Positions 1 to 8,992 of a DNA stretch of 16,842 bases are shown in pieces. The position numbers were made by a program, and so were the translations under genes. Origin of the DNA: Opitutales bacterium (GTDB taxonomy: Bacteria > Verrucomicrobiota > Verrucomicrobiia > Opitutales > UBA9783); NCBI GenBank assembly GCA_024407725.1, contig JAKSVZ010000016.1, forward strand, positions 1 through 16,842, in the 5' to 3' direction. Each line of letters starts with the position of its first letter. Position 1 is the stretch's first letter. Under the pieces are notes generated by a model. That model ran no database searches, was not told where the DNA came from, and saw nothing but the letters and a program-made list of their open reading frames with translations.

Positions 1-2
1 AT

Positions 3-194
3 CAATTTTTCCAAAATGATGGCGGTTTTGCCTTAGCTTATTGGTCAGAAGACCCAGAAACGGAAGAGAAAATTAAATCGGAATTGAAAGTGACCGTACG
101 TTGTTTGCCTCAGGAATTTTCAAGCGAACGGGGCGCGTGCTTATTTACCAACAAGCCCGATTGCCCATTGGCTGTATTTGCAAAGGCGTATTAA
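3..194 (+). CDS. proS: Prolyl-tRNA synthetase, C-terminal fragment (5' end lies outside the window)
   Basis: Frame 3 is open from the window edge to TAA at 192-194. It reads QFFQNDGGFALAYWSEDPETEEKIKSELKVTVRCLPQEFSSERGACLFTNKPDCPLAVFAKAY*. The pattern ..W....E.KIK.E...T.RC.P.....C.......FAKAY* matches the C-terminal domain of archaeal/eukaryote-like class II ProRS as I remember it. It is absent from the ORF track because it has no in-window start. Confidence 0.7.
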   Translation, partial: QFFQNDGGFALAYWSEDPETEEKIKSELKVTVRCLPQEFSSERGACLFTNKPDCPLAVFAKAY

Positions 195-1810
195 TCCAAC
201 GCGTGAATCCGTCGTGAATGCTTCGCGAAATAACGCTGGAGCGTGAGGCGGTGGATTTTCGCGTTGTGGCGCACATCCACAGGAAAGGCAGGATAATAGC
301 CGAAATGATGAATGGCTTCGGTGACACTGTGCTGTTTGGCAAGCGTTCGTAGTTCCTGATAAATAGCGGGCAGTTCGCGCTTAGCGATGGTTGGTTTGAG
401 CTCGATAACGATTGCAGGAACAATGCCTTTTTTGGTTTTATAGGCAATAAGCGCCGTCCGGAATACACGAGGGTGGGTGTTGAAGACGGCTTCGCAGCAA
501 TCGGTGTAAAACGTTTGCGTGTCGGTGACCACCCGTTCAATTTTGCGGCCGCAGAACCACAACCGACCTTCGGCATCCCTATAACCTGCATCGCCCATAC
601 GGTGCCAAATTCTGCCAGAAGCATCCGGAACTTTGGCTTTTTGAGTAGCTTCGGGGTCATTGAGATAACTTTGGCTGATATAAGGCGCTGTGACCGTAAT
701 TTCCCCGATTGTTCCCAGCGGTAGGGCTTCGGGTAATACGTCAAAAGCGCTTTTGCTGATAGGGATAATTCGTACCTCTACATCGGGCATCGGACGCCCA
801 ACACAGGTTCCATGCCCTTGAACCGTACGTTGGTAGGTGTTTTGAATAACCTCTGTTGCTGAAATATACGCAATGGGTAGTGCTTCCGTTGCCCCATAAG
901 GGGTAAATACTTGACCGTTGGGAACGAGAGCCTGTGCCCGTTGCAATAGGGTAGGATGAACCGGAGCGCCTGCCAAAAACAAACGTTTAACGGACGGAAA
1001 TTGCAGGTGTTTGGCTTCGCAATAATCCACAATTTTGGTCCATAAACGGGGAGAACCGAAGCTGTGGGTCACTTGATTAGCGATGATCGATTGAGCAATT
1101 TTTTCTGGATCTAGGGTGCTGGGATGCGCCGGATCCATTTCAGGAACAACCGTTGTGAGTCCCATGGCGGGATTGTAGAGGGAAAATACCGGAAGTAGCG
1201 GCAAATCCACTTCGCCTGATTGAATACCGAACGCATGGATAAGGGCTTCCATCTGCGCGTTAAAAGCAGCATAGGTATAAACAGCGCCCTTTGGATGACC
1301 CGTTGAGCCAGAGGTGAACAAAACAGCTGCGGTTCGGTTGTCATCCGCGTTGGGTTGCAAATGACAGGCAAAATCGCGCGTTAACAGCCGTTTTTTGAGG
1401 GATTTTGATAGAAAAACGACGCTTGAAAAGTGGATGCAGGGGCGTATGAGGTAATAAAGCAAACGCGCTTTGGGGCAGCCAATGAGCCCATCGGGTTGAA
1501 CGCGGCAAACGCAATGGAAAAAGTTTTTGAAGCCCATGCCTGGGTCGATCACAACCGGAATGGCTCCCAGCCGTAACAGGGCAAAGACGGTAATCAGCAA
1601 TGATTCACCCGGAGGCAAGAGCAGAACGATTTTTTTGCCAGCCGTTATTTGGCGCGTTAACAGATAGGTCGCTAATAAATCAACTGCGTGATCCAGCTCC
1701 TGAAAGGTTTTTGTGGTGTAGTGTAACCCTTGGTTGCGCACAGAGCACTTTAAGGCGATAGTGTTCGGCTGGCGCTGGGCGACTTCGTGTAAGGCTTCAA
1801 CAAGCTTCAT
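191..1810 (-). CDS. AMP-dependent synthetase/ligase (ANL superfamily), OleC/beta-lactone-synthetase-like or fatty-acyl-AMP ligase-like subgroup
   Basis: The track ORF 191..1834 starts at a TTG. The first ATG is at 1810 (MKLVEALHEVAQ...), 2 nt after the alaS stop. ANL motifs present: LFTSGSTGHPKGAVYTY (nt 1286-1315), YGATE and GDAGYRDAEGRLWFCGRK. VVIDPGMG and the C-terminal FPVDVRHNAKIHR resemble the OleC-type subgroup rather than FadD; that subgroup call is from memory only. Confidence 0.85.
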   Translation of the reverse strand: MKLVEALHEVAQRQPNTIALKCSVRNQGLHYTTKTFQELDHAVDLLATYLLTRQITAGKKIVLLLPPGESLLITVFALLRLGAIPVVIDPGMGFKNFFHCVCRVQPDGLIGCPKARLLYYLIRPCIHFSSVVFLSKSLKKRLLTRDFACHLQPNADDNRTAAVLFTSGSTGHPKGAVYTYAAFNAQMEALIHAFGIQSGEVDLPLLPVFSLYNPAMGLTTVVPEMDPAHPSTLDPEKIAQSIIANQVTHSFGSPRLWTKIVDYCEAKHLQFPSVKRLFLAGAPVHPTLLQRAQALVPNGQVFTPYGATEALPIAYISATEVIQNTYQRTVQGHGTCVGRPMPDVEVRIIPISKSAFDVLPEALPLGTIGEITVTAPYISQSYLNDPEATQKAKVPDASGRIWHRMGDAGYRDAEGRLWFCGRKIERVVTDTQTFYTDCCEAVFNTHPRVFRTALIAYKTKKGIVPAIVIELKPTIAKRELPAIYQELRTLAKQHSVTEAIHHFGYYPAFPVDVRHNAKIHRLTLQRYFAKHSRRIHALD

Positions 1811-1812
1811 GA

Positions 1813-4479
1813 TTAGGATAGGATGGTTCCCCAATGCTGCTTAAATTCAGATTCCGGTACGCTACAGGAAGCAAAATCGGGTTTTCCTCCGCCTTTGCTA
1901 GCGCAACGTGCTGCAAACTTTTGGATTTCTGCTCCTGCCTGAACGCCTTTATTGACCGCAGCTTGTGAACAGAAAAGGAATACCGTGACCGTCGCATCAT
2001 TATCTTGGGTCGCTCCCCACAAAACATCAATCTCGGGATGATTACCCAAATACGCTTTGCACGCTTTGCGGAAGGTGTTCGGGTCAATGACTTGCGTTTC
2101 CCATTGTACGTAGTTTAAGCCATCGTGCGTGCTTTCCTTTAGACACTGCCCGCCGTGTGTTTGTAATGCTTTTTCTAAAAAATTTCCCTTTCTCCTGTCT
2201 TGTTTCAACAACTTTTGATAGGCATCTCCTATCTGTTCAATCGGCATGCTCAAGTACTGTTCTAAAATCCGTTTTCCATGTTCTAGCCGCATAAGCTCTT
2301 TGCTTACTTTATTCCATGTAACTGCTTCTATTCGTTTTATTCCTGAGCCAATCGATTGAGCCTTTGTGATGTGGAAAATTCCGATTTCCAATGTGTTTTT
2401 TACGTGAGTACCGCCGCAGATATCTTTAGTTATGAAGTGATTCTCATCTTTACCGATGATGATTTTACGTACTATAGCTCCGTATTTATCGGTAAAATCC
2501 GCAATGGTGCCTCTATTGATAAGTTTTTCTTTAGATCCTTCCTTCGATTTTACCTTGTATGGCCAAATGCACTCATTACATTCGATTTCTATTTGAATTA
2601 GTTTTTCTTGATTCAATTCGTGAGGATACGAAAAATCAAACGTTAGATTTTCAGCAGTAATTTTCGAACCCAGTTGTTTTACAGCCCCACCCAATTTTTT
2701 TCGTAAAACTGCATAAAGCAAGTGAGTGGCAGTATGATTAGCGCTGCACGCCTGTCGGTCGTAAGCATCAATTTCCAATGTCCACCCATCCGACGCTTTT
2801 AATGCATTACTTCCTTCTTGTTGATAGGTCTTTTTTAGTTCAAAAAACTTTTTTGCAGCCTCATCGTGTTCTAATTCATGCAAAATCGCAGCGTTTTGAC
2901 GGATAGTGTTAACAATTTCTAGTGTATTTCCATCGAACGTTACGCTTCCTTTATCACCCGCTTGTCCTCCGCTTTCAGCATAAAAAGGAGTTTTGTCAAA
3001 AATGAGATAGGTCTTGTCTTCAATCCTTACATCATCCAAAAGCGTTGCTTTTTGAGGATCCAGCCAGTTGTCGTATCCGATAAATTTACTTTCATGGTTG
3101 GTGAGTACCTTGGCTTGTACGATGCTTTTGGTGGTGTTGGCTTTGGAGCGTTGTTTTTGTTCCTCCATGCAACGTTGAAAGCCTTCGCAATCTACTGACC
3201 AACCATGATCTTGCGCAATAAACTGCGTTAGTTCAAAAGGGAAGCCGTACGTATCGTATAACTTAAAGGCTTGTTCGCCAGTTACCCGTTTGGTGATACC
3301 TTCTTGGTTGATATAAGCCAATCCCCGATCTAAAGCGGAACTAAACTTGTTCTCTTCGGCTGCGATAATGTTTTGGATATATTTATCAGTTGAAAAGTGT
3401 GCAAGCGAACCTGCAGGTATGCCTAGGCGCTTTGCAAACAGCATGGCGCGTCGCAAGATATGTCGAATGGTATACTCACGACCGGTATTGCCTGGATGAA
3501 TGCGGTCGCCAATAGCCCAGATCGCTGCGCGCATGTGGTCGGCTAGAATACGGCAGGCGCAATCCTTGTTTTCTGCTTCGGTGCAGTGCGTGCGGTTGTT
3601 GGGTATTAAGCCTTGATAGCGATAGCCACATAGCTCGCGAATTATATCAAAACAGGGTGTAAATAAGTCGCTGGCATAATTGGACGGCAACTTAGAAAAA
3701 TCGTGGAAATCATCAGTAGATGCTGCTATACCCGCTAGGCGCTCTAAGCCCATTCCGGTATCGACGTAATGATTATTTAAGGGAGTAAACGAACTGTCGG
3801 GATTGGCGTTGTATTGCATGAACACCAAGTTCCACAATTCTATGCACCATGGACTTCCGGCATTAACTAACGCGCGTCCTTTTTTGATGTCTGGGTCTGG
3901 CGAACAGTTGATGTGAATTTCCGAACAAGGTCCGCAGGGTCCCGTATCGCCCATGCTCCAAAAGTTATCCTTTTTGGAACCGTAAACAATGTGTAGGGCT
4001 GGGTCTAGATGATCGTTTTTTAATACGTTTTCCCATATCCGATAGCTTTCTTCGTCATAAGCGCCCGGTTCGCCCGCATTGGGTTTGTAAACCGTTACGA
4101 ACAAACGCTCTTTAGGGAGCCCCCATGCTTTGGTTAATAATTCCCATGCCCATGAGATGGCTTCTTCTTTAAAGTAATCGCCAAAGGACCAATTTCCGAG
4201 CATTTCAAAGGCTGTGTGGTGATAGCCGTCAAAGCCAACATCTTCCAAATCGTTGTGTTTTCCGCCTGCCCTTAAACACCGTTGGCTTTTGACGATGCGC
4301 GGATAAGGTGCAGTTTCTCCCAAGAAATAGGGCACAAATTCGTTCATGCCCGCGTTGGTAAATAACAAATTCGGAGCCGTGGGGCGTAACGATGTGCTGG
4401 GCAATATTTTATGGGATTTGTCCTCAAAGAACTTTAAAAAACTGTCTTGGAATTCTTGAGAAGAAACAGGTTCGTTCAT
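1813..4479 (-). CDS. alaS: Alanyl-tRNA synthetase
   Basis: 888-aa ORF with ATG at 4477-4479. Catalytic-core motifs: FTNAGMNEFVPYFLG, RCLRAGGKHNDLEDVG, WSFGDYFK. Editing-domain motifs: HTATHLLYAVL (HxxxH) and ICGGTHVKNT (CxxxH). C-terminal DHHA1-type GGGKPDFA. Confidence 0.97.
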   Translation of the reverse strand: MNEPVSSQEFQDSFLKFFEDKSHKILPSTSLRPTAPNLLFTNAGMNEFVPYFLGETAPYPRIVKSQRCLRAGGKHNDLEDVGFDGYHHTAFEMLGNWSFGDYFKEEAISWAWELLTKAWGLPKERLFVTVYKPNAGEPGAYDEESYRIWENVLKNDHLDPALHIVYGSKKDNFWSMGDTGPCGPCSEIHINCSPDPDIKKGRALVNAGSPWCIELWNLVFMQYNANPDSSFTPLNNHYVDTGMGLERLAGIAASTDDFHDFSKLPSNYASDLFTPCFDIIRELCGYRYQGLIPNNRTHCTEAENKDCACRILADHMRAAIWAIGDRIHPGNTGREYTIRHILRRAMLFAKRLGIPAGSLAHFSTDKYIQNIIAAEENKFSSALDRGLAYINQEGITKRVTGEQAFKLYDTYGFPFELTQFIAQDHGWSVDCEGFQRCMEEQKQRSKANTTKSIVQAKVLTNHESKFIGYDNWLDPQKATLLDDVRIEDKTYLIFDKTPFYAESGGQAGDKGSVTFDGNTLEIVNTIRQNAAILHELEHDEAAKKFFELKKTYQQEGSNALKASDGWTLEIDAYDRQACSANHTATHLLYAVLRKKLGGAVKQLGSKITAENLTFDFSYPHELNQEKLIQIEIECNECIWPYKVKSKEGSKEKLINRGTIADFTDKYGAIVRKIIIGKDENHFITKDICGGTHVKNTLEIGIFHITKAQSIGSGIKRIEAVTWNKVSKELMRLEHGKRILEQYLSMPIEQIGDAYQKLLKQDRRKGNFLEKALQTHGGQCLKESTHDGLNYVQWETQVIDPNTFRKACKAYLGNHPEIDVLWGATQDNDATVTVFLFCSQAAVNKGVQAGAEIQKFAARCASKGGGKPDFASCSVPESEFKQHWGTILS

Positions 4480-4504
4480 AGCAATTTTAGCTGTTTTTCA
4501 GTGC

Positions 4505-5356
4505 TTATTTATCCTTTTTATAACCAACGGCAACCCATTTAAGTCCTGATCCGAAGGTGATGCGATCCAAGCCGCTGCGGGTCATCATTTGCGTGATTTC
4601 GGCTTGCGAAAAGCGCTTTTCTAAGGGGGTTCCGAAGGTATCTAAGGCGTTGGTACGCAGGTCATAAAAGGAGCGATGTTTGAAGCTGCTTAGGGGAAAG
4701 TTGATGGAAATTCCGAGCTTTTCTAAAAGTAAGGCTAAGCGGGAAAACGGCCAGTAAACTAGGCAAGCAAGCGCATCGGTTACCCGAATTTTAACGGGAT
4801 GGGGGAAGCGGCAAATTAAGTGCCGTAGGCCGTTAGCCAGTTGATCTAGGCAACGCCACCATAAAGGACGATAATCAAGCTTTGGGTATAGATACAATAA
4901 AAAAGGAGCGCCTGTTTTTAATTTATCAACGCAGGTTTGCAGAGCCTTTTCGGTGTCTGGAATGTGATGAAGAACCCCTAAACAATAGCCAAAATCCTGC
5001 GAATTAGGGTCTAGTGGCATATCATTGATGGAGGTGTTGAAAAAACGAACGTTGGGAACCGATTGTAATTTCTGTTGAGCAACTGCTAGTGCTTTGGTTG
5101 CTGGATCAATGCAATTGAGACGTTTAACCTTTGGTGCTACAAACGCAGCCCATCGTCCGGTTCCGCAACCTGCATCAAAGCCTTCAGCATCTTGAGGTAA
5201 TGTTTGCCAAGGGAAGTTGCTAAAAAAAGCATTAAATTCTTCTTCCATGTCCGCTTTTGGACGTGCATCACCTGTAAATACTGCCCATTCGTCACCAAAA
5301 TGGCGGACGGTATTTACATCGGCGTTGGACTGTTTTACTTCCCGAGGTGTATTCAT
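4505..5356 (-). CDS. Class I SAM-dependent methyltransferase
   Basis: Motif I is FDAGCGTGRWAAF. LGVLHHIPD and an N-terminal HFGDEWAVF segment are typical of methyltransferases found in polysaccharide loci. The track start at 5383 is a TTG that overlaps the epimerase gene by 20 nt. The first ATG is at 5356 (MNTPREV...), 7 nt after the epimerase TAG stop. Confidence 0.8.
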   Translation of the reverse strand: MNTPREVKQSNADVNTVRHFGDEWAVFTGDARPKADMEEEFNAFFSNFPWQTLPQDAEGFDAGCGTGRWAAFVAPKVKRLNCIDPATKALAVAQQKLQSVPNVRFFNTSINDMPLDPNSQDFGYCLGVLHHIPDTEKALQTCVDKLKTGAPFLLYLYPKLDYRPLWWRCLDQLANGLRHLICRFPHPVKIRVTDALACLVYWPFSRLALLLEKLGISINFPLSSFKHRSFYDLRTNALDTFGTPLEKRFSQAEITQMMTRSGLDRITFGSGLKWVAVGYKKDK

Positions 5357-5363
5357 AGGTGAG

Positions 5364-6314
5364 CTAAAAACGAGTTCCTTCAATCATTTTTTGCAGCCCT
5401 TCTTCCAGAGGAATTTTGGGTGCCCAGCCTAACAACTGCTGAGCCTTTTCGATGGAAGCATAAGTGTGCATCATATCCGAAGCGTTAAAGGGATGATGAA
5501 CGATGGTTGCTTTCTTGTTGAGATGCTTTTCTAACAACCCAATCATTTCGTTAATCGTATGCGGTTGATGATTACCGAGGTTAATCACTTCGTATCCTAA
5601 AGGCTTTTGAGCTGCAATAATGCCGCGCGCGATATCATCCACAAAGGTAAAATCGCGCGATTGCGTACCGTCGCCATTGAGTTGAATGGGCTTACCGGCT
5701 GCAATGCACCGCATAAATTTGTCTGGGCTCATATCAGGTCGGCCATTGGGGCCATAAACCGTAAAACACCGGAGAATGGATACATCGATACCGTATAAAT
5801 GGTGATACGTATAGTAAAGCATTTCGGCAGCTTTTTTGGAGGCTGCATAAGGCGAAATGGGTTCGTTCACCGGTGAGGTTTCAACAAAGGGCATGGGTTG
5901 TCCGGAGTAGAGCGATGAGGTTGAAATGGCTATCAATTTGCGAACGTGCGTTTGACGCATGCATTCCAACAGATTGAGTCCCCCCAGAACGTTGGTTGTG
6001 TAATAAACCTGAGGAGTTTCCATGCTTGCCCGAACGCCTGCGCGTGCTGCAATATGATAAACAGCATCAAAGGTATGGGTTTTGAATATTTGCTCTAAAC
6101 AGGCTTTATCTTCAATATCCCCTTGCACAAAGCTCCAATTGCCCTGTAGCTGTTGTAAGGCGTTCAAGCGAAATTCTTTGATTTTAACATCATAATAATC
6201 GTTTAGGTTATCGATCCCAACGACTGTATGACCGGCTTTTAGAAGCAATTCCGTTACCTTTGCTCCGATAAAACCAGCGCATCCTGTTAATAACAACTGC
6301 ATACGCTTAATCAT
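5364..6314 (-). CDS. NAD-dependent epimerase/dehydratase (extended SDR), UDP-glucuronate 4-epimerase-like
   Basis: Rossmann motif TGCAGFIGAKV, GIDNLNDYYDVKIKEFRL, catalytic YAASKKAAE (YxxxK) and RCFTVYGPNGRPDM. These are the patterns I associate with UDP-GlcA 4-epimerase-type enzymes. ATG at 6314; an alternative ATG at 6302 (MQLLLTGCAGFIG) gives the more typical N-terminus. Confidence 0.8.
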   Translation of the reverse strand: MIKRMQLLLTGCAGFIGAKVTELLLKAGHTVVGIDNLNDYYDVKIKEFRLNALQQLQGNWSFVQGDIEDKACLEQIFKTHTFDAVYHIAARAGVRASMETPQVYYTTNVLGGLNLLECMRQTHVRKLIAISTSSLYSGQPMPFVETSPVNEPISPYAASKKAAEMLYYTYHHLYGIDVSILRCFTVYGPNGRPDMSPDKFMRCIAAGKPIQLNGDGTQSRDFTFVDDIARGIIAAQKPLGYEVINLGNHQPHTINEMIGLLEKHLNKKATIVHHPFNASDMMHTYASIEKAQQLLGWAPKIPLEEGLQKMIEGTRF

Positions 6315-6429
6315 TCATGTAAAAGCCTTCATTGTCAACGCGAGAGCCTAAGGACTTGTTGGGTAGGGGGACAAGAGGGATTTTTTAGATTGGCATTACC
6401 TTAGAAAGATTTTTGATAATGAAAGCATT

Positions 6430-7194
6430 ATGGTGCGTTGCACTTTCCTCGAGATCCTATGCATTAGTTGCTTGTTGCCGCTTGTTTGGGCGGGAAATGG
6501 ATCGGGATTTAGTGGCTCCGTAGCGTATTCAACTGAAGCCATTGACCGAGGGCGTTTGGTGGGAAAACATAGCTTTTTGCCCCATATTCGTGGAATAATT
6601 TACAAAGAATCTTTGGGGGTTTATGGCGATTTAGATGCTCATATTCCCTTAAATCGGCGCGATTATTTCCCCGATTACTGGAAACCATCCGCCGGTATGC
6701 TCTTAAAAGCGACCGATTTTTTTACGCTAGACCTCGGAGTGTCCCATACCTTGTTACGGCGGCAGGGGTTTGAGCTATTAACGCATGCTACCGAAAGTTA
6801 TGTAGGTATACAGTCAAGTTTATTGATGAAACCAACGTTTTACATCCGTTGGGATTGGGATCGGCATCAGTGGAATCTTGAAACAACCTTTGGTTATGAT
6901 TTTGATGGGGCTATTTTGGACAAAAGCTCTTGGTTCCTCTCTTGGGAAAATAAGTTGGGGTTTTGTAAAGGACGTAGACCGTATGGATCGCAGGGGCCCA
7001 AACGCGGCTATAAATACCTTTATTACGAGAAAAATTTGTTCCTAAAATATGTAATGCGTGAACACTATGAGTTCTATATAGGCCCTAGCTTTGTTTATAA
7101 TAGCGGAGGTACGCAACCTTGGACCGTTGTTAATTCTGCTACCTATCAGGACTGTTTTATTTGCTTACGGTTCGGGATTGCAAGTCGTCAATAG
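6430..7194 (+). CDS. Secreted protein, putative outer-membrane beta-barrel (possible Gcw_chp/TorF-like family)
   Basis: Signal-peptide-like N-terminus MVRCTFLEILCISCLLPLVWA|GNG. Repeated alternating hydrophobic/polar strand-like segments: FTLDLGVSHTLL, TFYIRWDWD, WNLETTFGYDFD, WFLSWENKLGF, YEFYIGPSFVYN, CFICLRFGIAS. The early FSGSVAYSTEAIDRGRLVG...PHIRG segment loosely recalls the start of Gcw_chp-family barrels. The family call is weak. Confidence 0.45.
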   Translation: MVRCTFLEILCISCLLPLVWAGNGSGFSGSVAYSTEAIDRGRLVGKHSFLPHIRGIIYKESLGVYGDLDAHIPLNRRDYFPDYWKPSAGMLLKATDFFTLDLGVSHTLLRRQGFELLTHATESYVGIQSSLLMKPTFYIRWDWDRHQWNLETTFGYDFDGAILDKSSWFLSWENKLGFCKGRRPYGSQGPKRGYKYLYYEKNLFLKYVMREHYEFYIGPSFVYNSGGTQPWTVVNSATYQDCFICLRFGIASRQ

Positions 7195-7267
7195 GAAGTT
7201 GCAATAAGACTCAATCAAAAATTGACAGACGCTGGGTATTTTGTTCAGTTTTTAAAAAAAGTAATTC

Positions 7268-8992
7268 ATGAAGGTACGAGAAGTTTATGCGATTTTTAAA
7301 CGGTTTTATGATAACTTTCTGAGGGTATATCGCAAAGACATAATTATTAACCTAATTTGTGCGTTAATAGCCTGCTTCCTTGAGTTTTTGGGCTTAGGGT
7401 TGATTATTCCTATCTTGTCTAAATTCGCTTTCAGTGCTACTAAAACTCACGTTTATACCCATATTGGGTGGTTAATGTTGGGGATCGTAATCCTGTTTAT
7501 TGTTAAAAACCTCGTATTGATTGGCTATATGCGTTTAAATACCATTTTGTCAATTCGTTTAGATAGTGATGCATCGATTCGCTTATTAAGTCTTATACAA
7601 AACGCTCGTTATGAGTTTTTATTAAAGTTTTCTTCGGATCATTGGTTGAATGCAGTAAGTCAAGTGTGTGAATGTATTGCTGGTTGTGTTTTACAACTCC
7701 TGCAATTTATCGTTAATGGGTTGTTAGCCCTAACCTTGATTGTTTTTTTAGCAGTTCATATGCCTGCGATGATGGGGCTATCTTTAGTGCTGTTTGGCCT
7801 TTATGTAATGGGTATGCAATGGTTAAATAAGTATGATTGTGGTCGAGCGATCAATTTAGGGAACCCATTATGTGAACAAGTACTTAACAAAGAGCAATCT
7901 TTTTTGTTTTCGATTAAAGAACTTTATTTAGCTCGAACAAGTGGCAAGTTTTTAAAAGAATTGGGACCTATAATTATCAAAAGCAGTCATATCCTTCATA
8001 CCTTGGATTTTGCTCGTTATCTTCCTTCGTATATTTTCGAAATTGCTGTAATTTTATTTTTGGGGTGTAGTGGATGGATTAGCATACGATGGTATGGATT
8101 TGAACAAACTTTTGTCTATTTAGGAGCTTGGTCCATCTGTATTATTCGGTTGATTCCGTTTGTGAATCGTTTATCGGGTGCATGGTATTCATTTTATCCC
8201 CAAATGGGTTATGTGGCTGATTTCAATCGGGATTATGAAGCCTTAATGGCGGCGCAAAAACCGCTGGTGGATACAAGCAATGAGGTTGATCTTAACGCTG
8301 TCCTTGAGTTAGACCATGTGAATTTTGGCTATAAAGCTGATCAGTTAGTGCTACAGGATATTAATCTTAAAATTAATCCAGGAGAGTTTATTGGTATTGT
8401 TGGAAAGTCAGGAGCTGGGAAGACTACCTTGGTTGATATCTTATTAGGTTTGTTGCCACCAACTCAGGGGACTTATAAAGTCGGTGATCAATTGATTACG
8501 CATTTTACCGCTTCCCGATTAGGATATGTTGCGCAAAATCCCTGCATTATTAATGGAACGGTTGAGGATAATATTTTGTTTGGGCGCGAAAAAAATGTGG
8601 AATTGTTAAATCGAACGGTAAAATTAGCCCAGTTGAATGAGTTAACCTTAGATATGTGCTTATTGGAGATGGGGAAAAATATTTCCGGAGGCCAAAAGCA
8701 GCGTATCGCTATTGCGCGTGCTCTTTATGGTGAACCCAAACTATTGGTGTTGGATGAAGTCACGGCTTCATTAGATGTTGAAACGGAACGAAAAATTTCA
8801 GATGTTATTAATGGGTTAAAGGGTAAGTGCACTATCCTAGCTATTGCGCATCGTTTAAGTACGTTGAAACAGTGCGATCGTATCCTCTATGTAAAAGAGG
8901 GGCGTATTACAGGTGAAGGTTGTTTTGAAGATTTGTATCAAACCTCACCGGAGTTTAGTCACATGGTTGATGTGTTGAATGATAAGGTATGA
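7268..8992 (+). CDS. ABC transporter, fused permease/ATP-binding exporter (MsbA/PglK-type half-transporter)
   Basis: 574 aa. The N-terminal ~330 aa is hydrophobic with multiple TM segments. The C-terminal NBD has Walker A GKSGAGKTT, signature ISGGQKQRIAIARAL, Walker B LLVLDEVTASLD and H-loop IAHRLST. Its TGA overlaps the next ATG (ATGA at 8989-8992). Confidence 0.92.
   Translation: MKVREVYAIFKRFYDNFLRVYRKDIIINLICALIACFLEFLGLGLIIPILSKFAFSATKTHVYTHIGWLMLGIVILFIVKNLVLIGYMRLNTILSIRLDSDASIRLLSLIQNARYEFLLKFSSDHWLNAVSQVCECIAGCVLQLLQFIVNGLLALTLIVFLAVHMPAMMGLSLVLFGLYVMGMQWLNKYDCGRAINLGNPLCEQVLNKEQSFLFSIKELYLARTSGKFLKELGPIIIKSSHILHTLDFARYLPSYIFEIAVILFLGCSGWISIRWYGFEQTFVYLGAWSICIIRLIPFVNRLSGAWYSFYPQMGYVADFNRDYEALMAAQKPLVDTSNEVDLNAVLELDHVNFGYKADQLVLQDINLKINPGEFIGIVGKSGAGKTTLVDILLGLLPPTQGTYKVGDQLITHFTASRLGYVAQNPCIINGTVEDNILFGREKNVELLNRTVKLAQLNELTLDMCLLEMGKNISGGQKQRIAIARALYGEPKLLVLDEVTASLDVETERKISDVINGLKGKCTILAIAHRLSTLKQCDRILYVKEGRITGEGCFEDLYQTSPEFSHMVDVLNDKV

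Noticed and set aside
145-1371. Track ORFs 145..744(-), 473..724(+), 778..1032(-) and 1111..1371(-)
   Set aside because: All lie inside the 540-aa ligase gene in other frames or on the other strand. The ligase frame carries clear ANL motifs, whereas these translate to low-information sequence with no motifs. They are shadow ORFs.
1797-3198. Track ORFs 1797..2087(-), 2356..2601(+) and 2962..3198(+)
   Set aside because: They are fully nested in alaS, whose frame is validated by motifs along its whole length. They are shadow ORFs.
5217-5798. Track ORFs 5217..5432(+) and 5607..5798(+)
   Set aside because: They are antisense to the methyltransferase and epimerase genes, with no motifs and no sensible start context.
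6333-6338. Perfect TTGACA hexamers at 6333-6338 (minus strand) and 7222-7227 (plus strand), as candidate -35 boxes
   Set aside because: Neither has a good -10 hexamer at 16-18 nt spacing. The best is AATGAT, which overlaps the 6314 ATG and would imply a leaderless start at ATG 6302. If the host uses non-sigma70-type promoters, these matches mean nothing.
6361-6379. G-runs (GGG-TA-GGGGG-ACAAGA-GGG) in the divergent intergenic region, as a possible G-quadruplex
   Set aside because: There are only three runs of three or more G, so a canonical four-tract quadruplex cannot form.
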